DNA of 64,000 bases, taken from contig NMRA01000027.1 of assembly GCA_002633005.1 (NCBI GenBank), positions 161,265 to 225,264 of the forward strand, given 5' to 3'. Position 1 is the first letter of the stretch. Each line of letters begins with the position of its first letter. Below the pieces are notes generated by a model. That model did not search any database. It had not been told where the DNA came from and saw only the letters and a list, made by a program, of their open reading frames with translations. A program made the position numbers and the translations under genes. Below, piece by piece: positions 12,001 through 22,966 of the stretch. Source of the DNA: Phoronis australis. Lineage: Eukaryota > Animalia > Phoronida.

Positions 12001-15000
12001 CAATAGACGTTTGAACTGAGGAGGCGGAATCTCCGTAAAATTCTTGGTTTTTCGGGGTAGGGCAAAGTCGTAGGTCGTTTTGCGCCAATTCACGAAAACT
12101 CAACCGTTGAAAGTCAATTCTTTTTCTTTTCTTCTACTTATGGAGGGCCAGATTACCTAGGAACGGAGGGGCATCGGTTTCCAACTGTTAGTTTTCCGGC
12201 AATAGACGTTTGAGTTGAGGAGGCGGAATCTCCGTAAAATTCTCGGTTTTTCGAGGTAGGGCAAAGTCGTGCGCGGTTTTGGGCCAATTGACGAAAACTC
12301 AACCGTTGAAAGTCAATTCTTTTTCTTTTCTTCTACTGATGGAGGGCCAGAGTACCTAGGAACGGAGGGGCATCGATTTTCAACGGTTAGTTTTCCGGCA
12401 ATAGATGTTTGAATTGAGGAGGCGGAATCTCCGTATAATTCTCGGTTTTTCGGGGTAGGGCAAAGTAGTTCGCGGTTTTGCGCCAATTGACGAAAACTCA
12501 ACCGTTGAAAGTCAACTCTTTTTCTTTTCTTCTACTGATGGAGAGCCAGAGTACCTAGGAACGAGGAGGCATTGCTTTTCAACGGTTAATTTTCCAGCAA
12601 TAGACGTTTGAAGTGAGGAGGCGGAATCTCCAAAAAATTCTCGGTTCTTCCAGGTAGGACAAAGTCGTGCGCAGCTTTTTGCCGATTTACGAAAACTTAT
12701 CCGTTGAAAGTCAAGTTTATTTCATTTCCTCTACAATGGGAGGCCCAGAGAACCTAGGAACGGAGAGGCATTGAGTTTCAACGGTTTATTTTCCGGCAAT
12801 AGACGTTTGAAGTGAGGAGGCGGAATTTCCGTAAAATTCTCGGTTTTTCGAGGAAGGGCAAAGTCGTGCTCGTTTTGCGCCTATTGACGAAAACCCAACA
12901 ATTAAAAGTCAAGTTTATTTCTGTTCCTTTAATAAGGGAGGGCCAGAGAACCTAGGAACGGAGGGTCATCGATTTCCAAGCTTTAGTTTTCAGCCAATAG
13001 ATTTTTGAAGTGAGGAGGCGGAATCTAATAAAATTCTCGAATTTTCGAGGTAAGGCAAAGTTGTGCGCGGTTTTTTGCCGATTGACGAAAACTTAACAGC
13101 TGAAAGTCAATTATTTTTATTTTCCTACACTAAGGATGGGTCACAGGACCTAGGAACGGTGGGGTATCGATTTTCAACGGTTAGTTTTCCGGCAATAGAC
13201 GTTTGAAGTGAGGAGGCGGAATCTCCGTAAAATTCTCGGTTTTTCGACGTAGGGCAAAGTGGTGCGGATTTTGCGCCGATTGACGAAAACTTAACAGTTG
13301 AAAGTCAATTATTTTTCTTTTCTTCTACTGATGAAGGGCCAGAGAACCTAGGAACGGAGGGGCATCGATTTTCAACCTTTAGTTTTCCGGCAATAGACGT
13401 TTGAATTAAGGAGTCGGAATCTACGAAGTATTCTCGGTTTTTCGGGGTAGGGCAAAGTCTTCCGCGGTTTTTCGCCGATTGACGAAAACTTAAAAGTTGA
13501 AAGTCTTTTTTTTTCTTTTCCTTTACTGGGTTAGGGCCAGAGAACCTAGGAACGGAGGGGCATCGATTTCCAAGCTTTAGTTTTCAGCCAATAGACGTTT
13601 GAAGTGAGGAGGCGGAATCTCCGTAAAATTCTCGGTTTTTCGAGGTAGGGCAAAGTGGTGCGGGTTTTGCGCCGATTGACGAAAACTTAACAATTGAAAG
13701 TCAATTATTTTTCTTTTCTTCTATTGAAAAAGGGTAAGAGGACCTAGGAACGGAGGGGCATCGATTTTCAACTGTGAGTTTTCCGGCAATAGACGTTTGA
13801 AGTGAGGAGGCGGAATTTCCGTAAAATTCTCGGTTTTTCGAGGTAGGGCAAAGTCGTGCTTGTTTTGCGCCTATTGACGAAAACCCAACCATTAAAAGTC
13901 AAGTTTATTTCTGTTCCTTTAATAAGGGAGGGCCAGAGAACCTAGGAACGGAGGAGCATCGATTTTCAACATTTAATTTTCCGGCAATAGACGTTTGAAT
14001 TAAGGAGTCGGAATCTACGAAATATTCTCGGTTTTTCGGGGTAGGGCAGTCTTCCGCGGTTTTTCGCCAATTGACGAAAACTTAACCGTTGAAAGTCAAT
14101 TTTTTTCTTTTCCCTTACTGAGAAAGGGCCAAAGGACCTAGGAACGGAGGGGCATAGATTTTCAACGGTTAATTTCCCGGCAATAGGCGTTTGAAATGAG
14201 GAGGCGGAATCTCCGTAAAATTCTCTGTTTTTCGGGGTAATGCAAAGTCGTGCGGGGTTTTGCGCTGATTGTCAAAAATCCAACAGTTGAAAGTTATTTT
14301 TTTCTTTTCCTTTACTGGGGGAGGGCCAGAGAACCTACGAACGGAGGGGCATCGATTTCCAAGGGTTAGTTTTCAGCCAATAGACATTTGAAGTGAGGAG
14401 GCGGAATCTAAGTAAAATTCTCGATATTTCGAGGTAGGGCCAAGTTGTGCGGGTTTTGCGCCGATTGACGAAATCTTAACGGTTGAAAGTCAATTATTTT
14501 TCCTTTCCCCTACTGAGGAAGGGTCAGAGGACCTAGGAACGGAGGGACATCGATTTTCAACGCTTAGTTTTCCGGCAATAGACGTTTGAAATGAGGAGGC
14601 GGAATTTCCGTAAAATTCTCGGTTTTTCGAGGTAGGGCAAAGTCGTGCTTGTTTTGCGTCTATTGACGAAAACCCAACCATTAAAAGTCAAGTTTATTTC
14701 TGTTCCTTTACTAAGGGAGGGCCAGAGAACCCCAGGAACGGAGGGGCATCGATTTTTAACGGTTAGATTCTCAGCAATAGACGTTTGAAATGAGGAGGCG
14801 GAATCACCGTAAAATTCTCGGGTTTTCGAGGAAGGGCAAAAGTGTGCGCGGTTTTTTGCCGATTGACGAAAACTTAACGGTTGAAAGTCAATTAATTTTC
14901 TTTTCCTCTACTAAGGAAGGGTCGGGGGACCTAGGAACGAAGGGGTATCGATTTTCAACGATTAGTTTTCCNTGACGAAAACTCAAAAGTTGAAAGTCAT

Positions 15001-18000
15001 TTTTTTTTTCTTTTTCTCTACTGATGGAGGGACAGAGTACCTGGGAACGGAGGAGCATCGATTTTGAACGGTTAGTTTTTCAGCAATAGACGTTTGAACT
15101 GAGGAGGCGGAATCTCCGTAAAGTTCTCGGTTTTTCGGGGTAGGGCAAAGTCGTGCGCGGTTTTGCGCCAATTGACGAAAACTCAACCGTTGAAAGTCAA
15201 TTCTTTTTCTTTTCCTCTATTGATGGAGGGCCAGAGTACCTAGGAACGGAGGGGCATCGAATTCCAAAGGTTAGTTTTCGGGCAATAGACGTTTGAGTTG
15301 AGGAGGCGGAATTCTTCGTAAAATTCTCGCTTTTCGGGGTAGGGCAAAGTCGTGCGCCGTTTTGCGCCAATTGACGAAAACTCAACCATTGAAAGTCAAT
15401 TTTTTTTCTTTTCCTCTATTTACGGAGGGCCAGAGTACCTAGGAACGGAGGGGCATCGACTTATAACGGTTAGTTTTTCAAAAATAGACGTTTGAACTGA
15501 GGAGGGGGAATCTCCGTAAAATTCTCAGNAAGTCAATTCTTATTCTTTTCCTCTACTGATGGAGGGCCAGAGGACCTAGGAACGGAGGGGCATCGATTTT
15601 CAACGGATAGTTTTTCAGCAATAGACGATTGAACTGAGGAGGCGGAATCTCCGTAAAATTCTCGGTTTTTCGGGGTAGGGCAAAGTCGTGCGCGGTTTTG
15701 CGCCAATTGACGACAACTCAACCGTTGAATATCAATTCTTTTTCATTTCCTCTATTGATGGAGGGACAGAGTACCTAGGAACGGAGGGGCATCGATTTCC
15801 AACGGTTAGTTTTCCGGCAATAGACGTTTGAGTTGAGGAGGCGGAATCTCCGTAAAATTTTCGGTTTTTCAGGGTAGGGCAAAATAGTGCGCGGTTTTTC
15901 GCCAATTGACGAAGACTCAACCGTTGAAAGTCAATTCTTTTTCTTTTCCTCTACTGATGGAGGGCCAGAGTACTTAGGAACGGAGGAGCATCGATTTTCA
16001 ACGGTTAGTTTTCCGGCAATAGACGTTTCAACTGAGGAGGCGGAATCTCCGTATAATTCTCGGTTTTTCGGGGTAGGGCAAAGTAGTGCGCGGTTTTGCG
16101 CCAATTGACGAAAACTCAACCGTTGAAAGTCATTTTTTTTCTTTTCCTCTACTGATGGAGGGACAGAGTACCTAGGAACGGAGGAGCATCGATTTTCAAC
16201 GGTTAGTTTTTCAGCAATAGACGTTTGAACTGAGGAGGCGGAATCTCCGTAAAATTCTCGGTTTTTCGAGGTAGGGCAAAGTCGTGCGCGGTTTTGCGCC
16301 AATTGACGAAGACTCAACCGTTGAAAGTCATTTTTTTTCTTTTGCTCTATTGATGGAGGGCCAGAGTACCTAGGAAAGGAGGGGCATCGATTTCCAACGG
16401 TTAGTTTTCCGGCAATATACCTTTGAGTTGAGGAGGCGGAATCTCCGTAAAATTCTCGGTTTTTCGGGTAGGGCAAAATAGTGCGCGGTTTTTCGCCAAT
16501 TGACGAAGACTCAACAGTTGAAAGTCATTTATTTTCCTTTCCTCTACTGATGGAGGGCCAGAGTACCTAGGAACGGAGGAGCATCGATTTTCAACGGTTA
16601 GTTTTCCGGCAATAGACGTTTCAACTGAGGAAGAGGAATCTCCGTATAATTCTCAGTTTTTCGGGGTACAGCAAAGTAGTGCGCGGTTTTGCGCCAATTG
16701 ACGAATACTCAACCGTTGAAAGTCAATTCTTTTTCTTTTCCTCTACTGATGGAGGGCCAGAGTACATAGGAACGGAGGAGCATCGATTTTCAACGGTTAG
16801 TATTCCGGCAATAGACGTTTCAACTGAGGAGGCGGAATCTCCGTATAATTCTCGGTTTTTCGGGGTAGGGCAAAGTAGTGCGCGGTTTTGCGCCAATTGA
16901 CGAAAACTCAAAAGTTGAAAGTTATTTTTTTTTCTTTTTCTCTACTGATGGAGGGCCAGAGTACCTAGGGACACAGGAGCATCGATTTTCAACGGTTAGT
17001 TCTTCAGCAATAGACGTTTGAACTGAGGAGGCGGAATCTCCGTAAAATTCTCGGTTTTTCGGGGTAGGGCAAAGTCGTACGCCGTTTTGCGCCAATTGAC
17101 GAAAAGTCAACCTTTAAAAGTCAATTATTTTTCTTTTGCTCTATTGATGGAGGGCCAGAGTACCTAGGAACGGAGGGGCATCGATTTCCAACGGTTAGTT
17201 TTCTCAGAGTACCAAGGAACGGAGGGGCATCGATTTCCAACGGTTAGTTTTCCGGCATTAGACGTTTGAGTTGAGGAGGCGGAATCTCCGTAAAATTCTC
17301 GGTTTTTCGGGGTAGGGCAAAATAGTGCGCGGTTTTTCGCCAATTGACGAAGACTCAACCGTTGAAAGTCAATTCTTTTTTCTTTTCCTCTACTGATGGA
17401 GGGCCAGAGTACCTAGGAACGGAGGAGCATCGATTTTCAACGGTTAGTTTTCCGGCAATAGACGTTTCAACTGAGGAGGCGGAATCTCCGTATAACACTC
17501 GGTTTTTCGTGGTAGGGCAAAGTAGTGCGCGGTTTTGCGCCAATTGACGAAAACTCAACCGTTGAAAGTCATTTTTTTTCTTTTCCTCTACTGATGGAGG
17601 GACAGAGTACCTAGGAACGGAGGAGCATCGATTTTCAACTTTTAGTTTTTCAGCAATAGACGTTTGAACTGAGGAGGCGGAATCTCCGTAAAATTCTCAG
17701 TTTTTCGGGGTAGGGCAAAGTCGTGCGGAGTTTTGCGCCAATTGACGAAAACTCAACCGTTGAAAGTCATTTTTTTTCTTTTCCTCTACTGATGGAGGGC
17801 CAGAGTATCTAGGAACGGAGGAACATAGATTTTCAACGGTTAGTTTTCCGGCAATAGACGTTTCAACTGAGGAAGAGGAATNAGGAACGGAGGGGCATCG
17901 ATTTTCAACGGTTAGTTTTTCAGCAATAGACGTTTGAACTGAGGAGGCGGAACCTCCGCAAAATTCTCGGTTTTTCGAGGTTGGGCAAAGTAGTGCGCGG

Positions 18001-18423
18001 TTTTGCGCCAATTGACGAAAACTCAACCGTTGAAAGTCAATTCTTTTTCTTTCCCTCTATTGATGGAGGGCCAGAATACCTAGGAACGGAGGGGCATCGA
18101 TTTTCAACGGTTAGTTTTCCAGCAATAGACGTTTGAACTGAGGAGGCGGAACCTCCGTAAAATTCTCGGTTTTTTTAGGTAGGGCAAAGTCGTGCGCGGT
18201 TTTGGGCCAATTGACGAAAACTCAACCGTTGAAAGTCAATTCTTATTCTTTTCCTCTACTGATGGAGGGCCAGAGTACCTAGGAACGGAGGGGAATCGAT
18301 TTTCAAGGGTTAGTTTTTCAGCAATAGACGTTTGAACTGAGGAGGCGGAATCTACGTAAAATTCTCGGTTTTTCGGGGTAGGGCAAAGTCGGTCGCGGTT
18401 TTGCGCCAATTGACGAAAACTCA
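1..18423. repeat. Satellite DNA array 1, 199-bp monomer (~92 copies, continues past the left window edge)
   Basis: Tandem monomer gaaagtcaattctttttcttttcctctattgatggagggcc...gacgaaaactcaaccgtt, counted as 199 nt. ORF track recurs at exact 199-bp steps (3378, 3577, 3776, 3975...). Single-N joins at 2190, 5057, 14972, 15529 and 17882. Confidence 0.98.
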
Positions 18424-19900
18424 TACTGCTGCACCTAATCCCTTGGTGCTAGCGTCAACACTTAGTGTAATTGGTTTGTTGACATCTAAGTATTTTAATA
18501 GGGGGGTGTTACACAAAGCTTCCTTGATACTTGAAAAAGCTTTGGATTCTGCTTCGCCCCACTTCCTAGTACCTGCATTTTTCATTTCTCGCAATGGAGC
18601 ACTCAATTGACTCAAGTTTGGGATAAATTTGGACACATATGCAATCATTCCCAACGCTGACTGCAGTTCTTGTTCATAGATTGGTTCTGGCATATTAACA
18701 ATAGCCTGAATTCTCTCTTGGGATGGTTTTACACCATCTGCGGTCAAAACATAACCCACGTAACTAACTTGGGGTTGACTAATCTTAGTCTTATTTAGAT
18801 TCAATTTTAACCCTTGTTTTCTGGCTATCTCAAGTACAGCTGTGAGCCGTTCATCATGCTCTTGAGGTGTTTTGCCATGAATTAGGATATCATCCATCAC
18901 AATTTCTACTCCCGAAATGTGACCAAACATACTTTGCATAGCCCTTTGATAAATGTCTGGGGAACTCCTCAAACCCATTGGCAACCTAAGATGCCTGTAT
19001 TGCCCAAATGGGGTATTAAATGCTGTATAGTAAGAACTTTTCTCACTCAGCCTGATTTGGTAATAACCCATGTTTGCATCAAGTACACTGAAAATTTTAC
19101 CCCCATGTAACCTGGTTACAATATCATCAATTGAACTCATCGGGTGGTGTTCACGCAAAATAGCCTTATTTAAGCTCGAGGGATCAATGCACAACCTGAC
19201 TCTGTTATTGCGTTTCCGAACACATACTAACGGAGACACCCAAGGTGTTTGCTCTGTGACTTTTGCAATACTGCCACACCTTTCTAAATGATCTAATTCC
19301 AGTTTTACCTGCTCTCTGATAGCAGCGGGAACTGGTCTGGGAGGGTGAACTACTGGCGGTATAGACGAATCTACCTGAATATTGTATTCCCCTGGAATAC
19401 ACCCAATTGTTTCTTCAAATACATCACTGTATTTTTTTACAAAACTGTCATGACTTGCATTTTGCTGAGAGTTGACTTCAAATACTCTCTGGACCACATT
19501 TCATTTAACACTGTCATCACGACCTAATAAATCAACTTGTTTCCTGTTGTCCAATACAAGAAACTCTAGCATATGTCTTTCATTCTTATACACAGCTGGC
19601 AGTACAATTTTTCCATACGCTTTATGTGGTTTGCCATGAATACCATTGATCATAACGTTGCTGTGTTTTAACAGGTGCTCCCTACCTAACTTTCTGAGTG
19701 CAACTAGTGACAATACATTGCAATCTGCAAACGTATCAATTGCTAAGGATAATTTTGAGTTACCAACTTGTACTGTGACATTCCAATCATTAGAATTGGT
19801 ACATGCATAATTTGAATTGATACCAAATACATTTTTAATATTGCATTGTTCCATCATATTTGCCATTTCGTCTTCCTCTGTTCTGTGTACATTTTTTGTG
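18424..19900 (-). pseudogene. Gypsy pol remnant (protease, reverse transcriptase, N-terminal RNase H)
   Basis: IDTFADCNVL (DTG-type motif altered), RLCIDPSSLNK, LDANMGYYQI, FNTPFGQY..LPMGL, IVMDDILIHG, VDASTKGLGA. In-frame TGA at 19501-19503 between protease and RT. Confidence 0.9.
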
Positions 19901-20716
19901 TCCTTGGTGATTCCGACCACGATTGCCCCTGTAACGCCCTCTAGATTGTCCTCTTCGCTGTTGTTGATGGTGGTTTTGCTGTCGTAGCGATCTCTGCGAG
20001 GATGTCTGTTGTGCTTTGCAAATTTTCGAATTCGCAAAATGGCCAAAACTGCCACAAGCGTGACATGTTTTGCCTCTGGCAGGACAGTTATCTTCGTAAT
20101 GCGTTCTCGTGCATTTTTTACAAAACATCTTGTGCCTTGTGTGATACACATTGTCCTCTGCTATTAGGTTTTTTAGGTGCTGTTGTGACAGTTCACTTGC
20201 ACGGCAAATTTTAATGACATTTTCCAACGTATAATCATTTACTTCTAAGTCTAGAAGTTTCAACTTGATGTGACTGTCGCGGACACCATTGACAATTCTG
20301 TCACAAATAAATGTGTCTTCTATGTCACCATAGTCACATCCCTTTGCGCGATGCTTCAGATCGGCAACAAAAGCCATAAGCGACTCTCCGGCTTTCTGGT
20401 TGCGTTCCAAAAATGCTTGTCTGCGAATATTTTTGTACTTCTTGTGGCCATAGTGTTCATCAAAACATTTCAGTACCTTATCTAAAATATACCTGTCTTC
20501 CGGCGACAAATCAAATGTATTAAACAATTTGACACCATCTGCCCCAAGGAGATGAAGTAAAATGTTTACTTTCTGTTTACCTGACGCATCCTCGAGTCCG
20601 CTTGCAATCAGGTAAATGTCAAATCGCTGTCGCCACTGGCTCCAACTTTCTCCTGTTTTGTCAGTCTCTAGCTGTACAAACGGTTCTGGGGGGCTCAAGT
20701 CTAGCTTAGCAGCCAT
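19835..20716 (-). CDS. Gypsy Gag-like protein (293 aa as read; frameshifted relative to pol near 19895)
   Basis: WSQWRQRFDIYL, FLERNQKAGESLMAFVADLK, ICDRIVNG, CKKCTRTH..C and CHACGSFGH zinc-knuckle-like motifs. ATG lies ~40 nt downstream of the PBS. Confidence 0.85.
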   Translation of the reverse strand: MAAKLDLSPPEPFVQLETDKTGESWSQWRQRFDIYLIASGLEDASGKQKVNILLHLLGADGVKLFNTFDLSPEDRYILDKVLKCFDEHYGHKKYKNIRRQAFLERNQKAGESLMAFVADLKHRAKGCDYGDIEDTFICDRIVNGVRDSHIKLKLLDLEVNDYTLENVIKICRASELSQQHLKNLIAEDNVYHTRHKMFCKKCTRTHYEDNCPARGKTCHACGSFGHFANSKICKAQQTSSQRSLRQQNHHQQQRRGQSRGRYRGNRGRNHQGHKKCTQNRGRRNGKYDGTMQY

Positions 20717-20757
20717 TGTTTAGAACAGTAAGCAACAACTGAACAAAAAAATCGCCA

Positions 20758-20770
20758 ACTCCTGACACCA
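20758..20770 (-). promoter_or_regulatory. Primer-binding site, tRNA-Leu(CAG) type
   Basis: Minus strand TGGTGTCAGGAGT directly after the LTR-terminal CA; complementary to the metazoan tRNA-Leu(CAG) 3' end (...ACTCCTGACACCA), from memory. Confidence 0.8.
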
Positions 20771-20999
20771 TGTAATGGCTTGTGGAGAGAGGAGTGAAGA
20801 AGACGTCTTTACTAGAACACTACTTTATTGCGGACTGACTAACTACTGTACAACAACATGTTTTTGCAATACACAAGACCACATGCATATGAGTCACATT
20901 TCATAGAACTGTTTGGCAAGACTTATATAATAAACCATTCTAACTAATTGTGCCATATAAGGCAAGTGTAGTTCCAGTACAAACTACAATACTATTACA
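20771..20999 (-). repeat. 5' LTR of the Gypsy element (229 bp)
   Basis: tgtaatgg...ctattaca inverted termini. Minus-strand TATA-like at 20923-20930 and AATAAA at 20824-20829. Abuts the PBS. Confidence 0.75.
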
Positions 21000-21867
21000 A
21001 TCGTGCCACTGTTGTACAGGTGACACAATATTTCACGGCAGAGAAACCAACGCATAAGATTGCTCCACAAGTCTTTAGCTGCAAAATAACCACAGAATGC
21101 CAATTTTTCCAACACTGATAAATAATTTAGTGTACTCAAGGAAGGGTGTAATTTTCAATGACACTAATTTTCTGTCAGATTTTATCTGGTCAGTTTTTTG
21201 CCCACATCAGCGCAAAGCTGTATATTTTAGTATACAGCTTTGTACGAAGGCTAATAAAGTGTATGCGAGTAGGTGCTAAAAAGATCCAGGTAAGCCCTCA
21301 TGCTTTAGTCATAAAATACCCAGACATACAGGATGGATGAGAATGGGCTATTATGGCTAGAGACTGTGCCTATGCCAAATGCCAGCCCAATGCATGCCAA
21401 TGCCAATGGCAATGCCCGATTTGCAATGGCACTGGCAATGAAAGCCAATGCGAAGGGTCGAGATTCAAACACAAAGGAAATAAGTGAAAGTCCGTAACTG
21501 AGTTTACAGTACTTAGGAAATATTGTTATCGAAAGTTTTAGTTTCCACAAAACTTACAATTTGGAGTATCAAGTTAGAAGTTGTTTTGTGGTCTACAAAT
21601 TCTAAAGGTCCCACTCAGTTTCAAATAAGGCGCCATCTTCAGCCGAAGGTGATTAAGTAAAGCGACTTTCTTATTACAATGACAGTCTCTCTTCTTTAAT
21701 AGTATCTAACTGAGTTAGTCTTATTTATATTACCTTGAAATCCTATTTTCATTAAAATACTTTAAAATAACATATATATTGCATTCATCCAGCATTTGTA
21801 TGAACAAAGCAAACTTTATAAAATACTAGTTTATTTTTAAAGTCAATACCCACACTTATCTTCTATA

Positions 21868-21930
21868 CGCATGCGCTAGAATTTCGTAGCAACCACAACA
21901 GGAGTGTAAATCATCGAAGAATTATCAGGT
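21868..21930 (+). promoter_or_regulatory. Possible RSPH14 promoter / non-coding first exon
   Basis: CGCATGCGC (NRF1-like) at 21868, RFX X-box half site TAGCAAC at 21887-21893, donor-like cag|GTTTGT at 21929. The first coding exon starts at an acceptor (24296), so an upstream exon is expected. Confidence 0.3.
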
Positions 21931-22143
21931 TTGTGGCGTTTTTCCTGATCATTGCGTGTTAAAGCTATATACTCAACCTGGGAGACTGTTTTTATTGAAT
22001 ATTGGCTCGTGTTCTGAGTACTTAATAAATAATTTGGCGTGAGAATGCTATGTGAAAAATTGTTCCTCTGCCTTTCTTGTTTCCCCGTTTATTTATGTCT
22101 CTACTAATAAACATGTCGTCAAAGTCATATACTTAGTCATACA

Positions 22144-22323
22144 CATAGTGTCATAGTCGACATAGTGTCATAGTCGACATAGTGTCATAGTCGACATAGT
22201 GTCATAGTCGACATAGTGTCATAGTCGACATAGTGTCATAGTCGACATAGTGTCACAGTCGACATAGTGTCATAGTCGACATAGTGTCATAGTCGACATA
22301 GTGTCATAGACATAGTCGACATA
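22144..22323. repeat. 17-bp minisatellite (catagtgtcatagtcga), ~10 copies
   Basis: Near-perfect tandem units; each unit is an 8+9 dimer of catagt. Confidence 0.95.
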
Positions 22324-22426
22324 ATCAGGAAGCTGTGAAGATGAAGAAGGAGAGAAAGTTTGTAGAGCTTAGTATTTAAATAGCCCAACTCTGAAACTGA
22401 ACCAGCTACCCTGATAAAATCTGCAG

Positions 22427-22966
22427 TGTTGTAGATGTGGTTCCGGTGAATTATATGAGCCTGTGTTAGCTACTTGCTAACGGGCAATTGCCTATTACGT
22501 GAATGGTTAGCACGCTTGCCAGTTTTATGGGGGTCGCTGGTTTGATTCCCGAGACAGTTGATCTCGGCTATTACTACAAATGGCGTAGTCGGCAAACGGA
22601 TGATCTACCAATGAAGCACTGCCAACTAGTAGACATGGACCTCGGGACGGCGCGCGTGGAAGGTTCCAGGAGTCAAGGACCTGTATGAGAGACTACCTTG
22701 TGTTCACCTGTGTTGTGGTGGTAAAGGTACCAAGGGACGTTGATGACCTGTATGCGAGACAATCCTGGTGTTCACCTTCCTGGTCTCATGCCCGTTCTGT
22801 AGGGAAGGGGGCAATGTTTTAGATGTGCTTCCGGGGAATTATATGAGCCTCTGTTAGCTACTTGCTAATGGGCAATTGCCTATTAGCTGAATGGTTATCA
22901 GGTTTGCCGGTTTTATGGGGGTCGCTGGTTCGATTCCTGAGTCGGTTGATCTGGGCTATTTCTAAA
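22427..22966 (+). mobile_element. TRIM (miniature non-autonomous LTR retrotransposon), 540 bp, with tRNA-like Pol III boxes in the LTRs
   Basis: 152-bp direct repeats at 22427-22578 (TGT...ACA) and 22815-22966, ungapped, ~18 mismatches. PBS TGGCGTAGTCGGCA (tRNA-Ser type) at 22581-22594. PPT AGGGAAGGGGG at 22801-22811. Flanks gcag/gtag. Confidence 0.85.

Larger units (their letters stand above)
18424..20999 (-). mobile_element. Ty3/Gypsy (Mag-like) LTR retrotransposon, 5' LTR-gag-PR-RT-partial RNase H, 3'-truncated
   Basis: LTR, then tRNA-Leu PBS, gag with Cys/His knuckles, aspartic protease-like motif, RT and the start of RNase H. Integrase and 3' LTR are absent; the element ends at the satellite. 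Confidence 0.93.

Noticed and set aside
641-18424. Dozens of 62-aa ORFs (MSFRQLAQNRARLCPT...) as a tandem peptide gene family
   Set aside because: They are translations of the 199-bp satellite, mostly from non-ATG starts, with frequent indels and no splice or promoter context. The same applies to 47218-50884.
22877-22950. Functional tRNA gene
   Set aside because: A/B boxes are present, but the acceptor and anticodon stems do not pair convincingly and the sequence is duplicated as part of LTRs. Treated as tRNA-derived.
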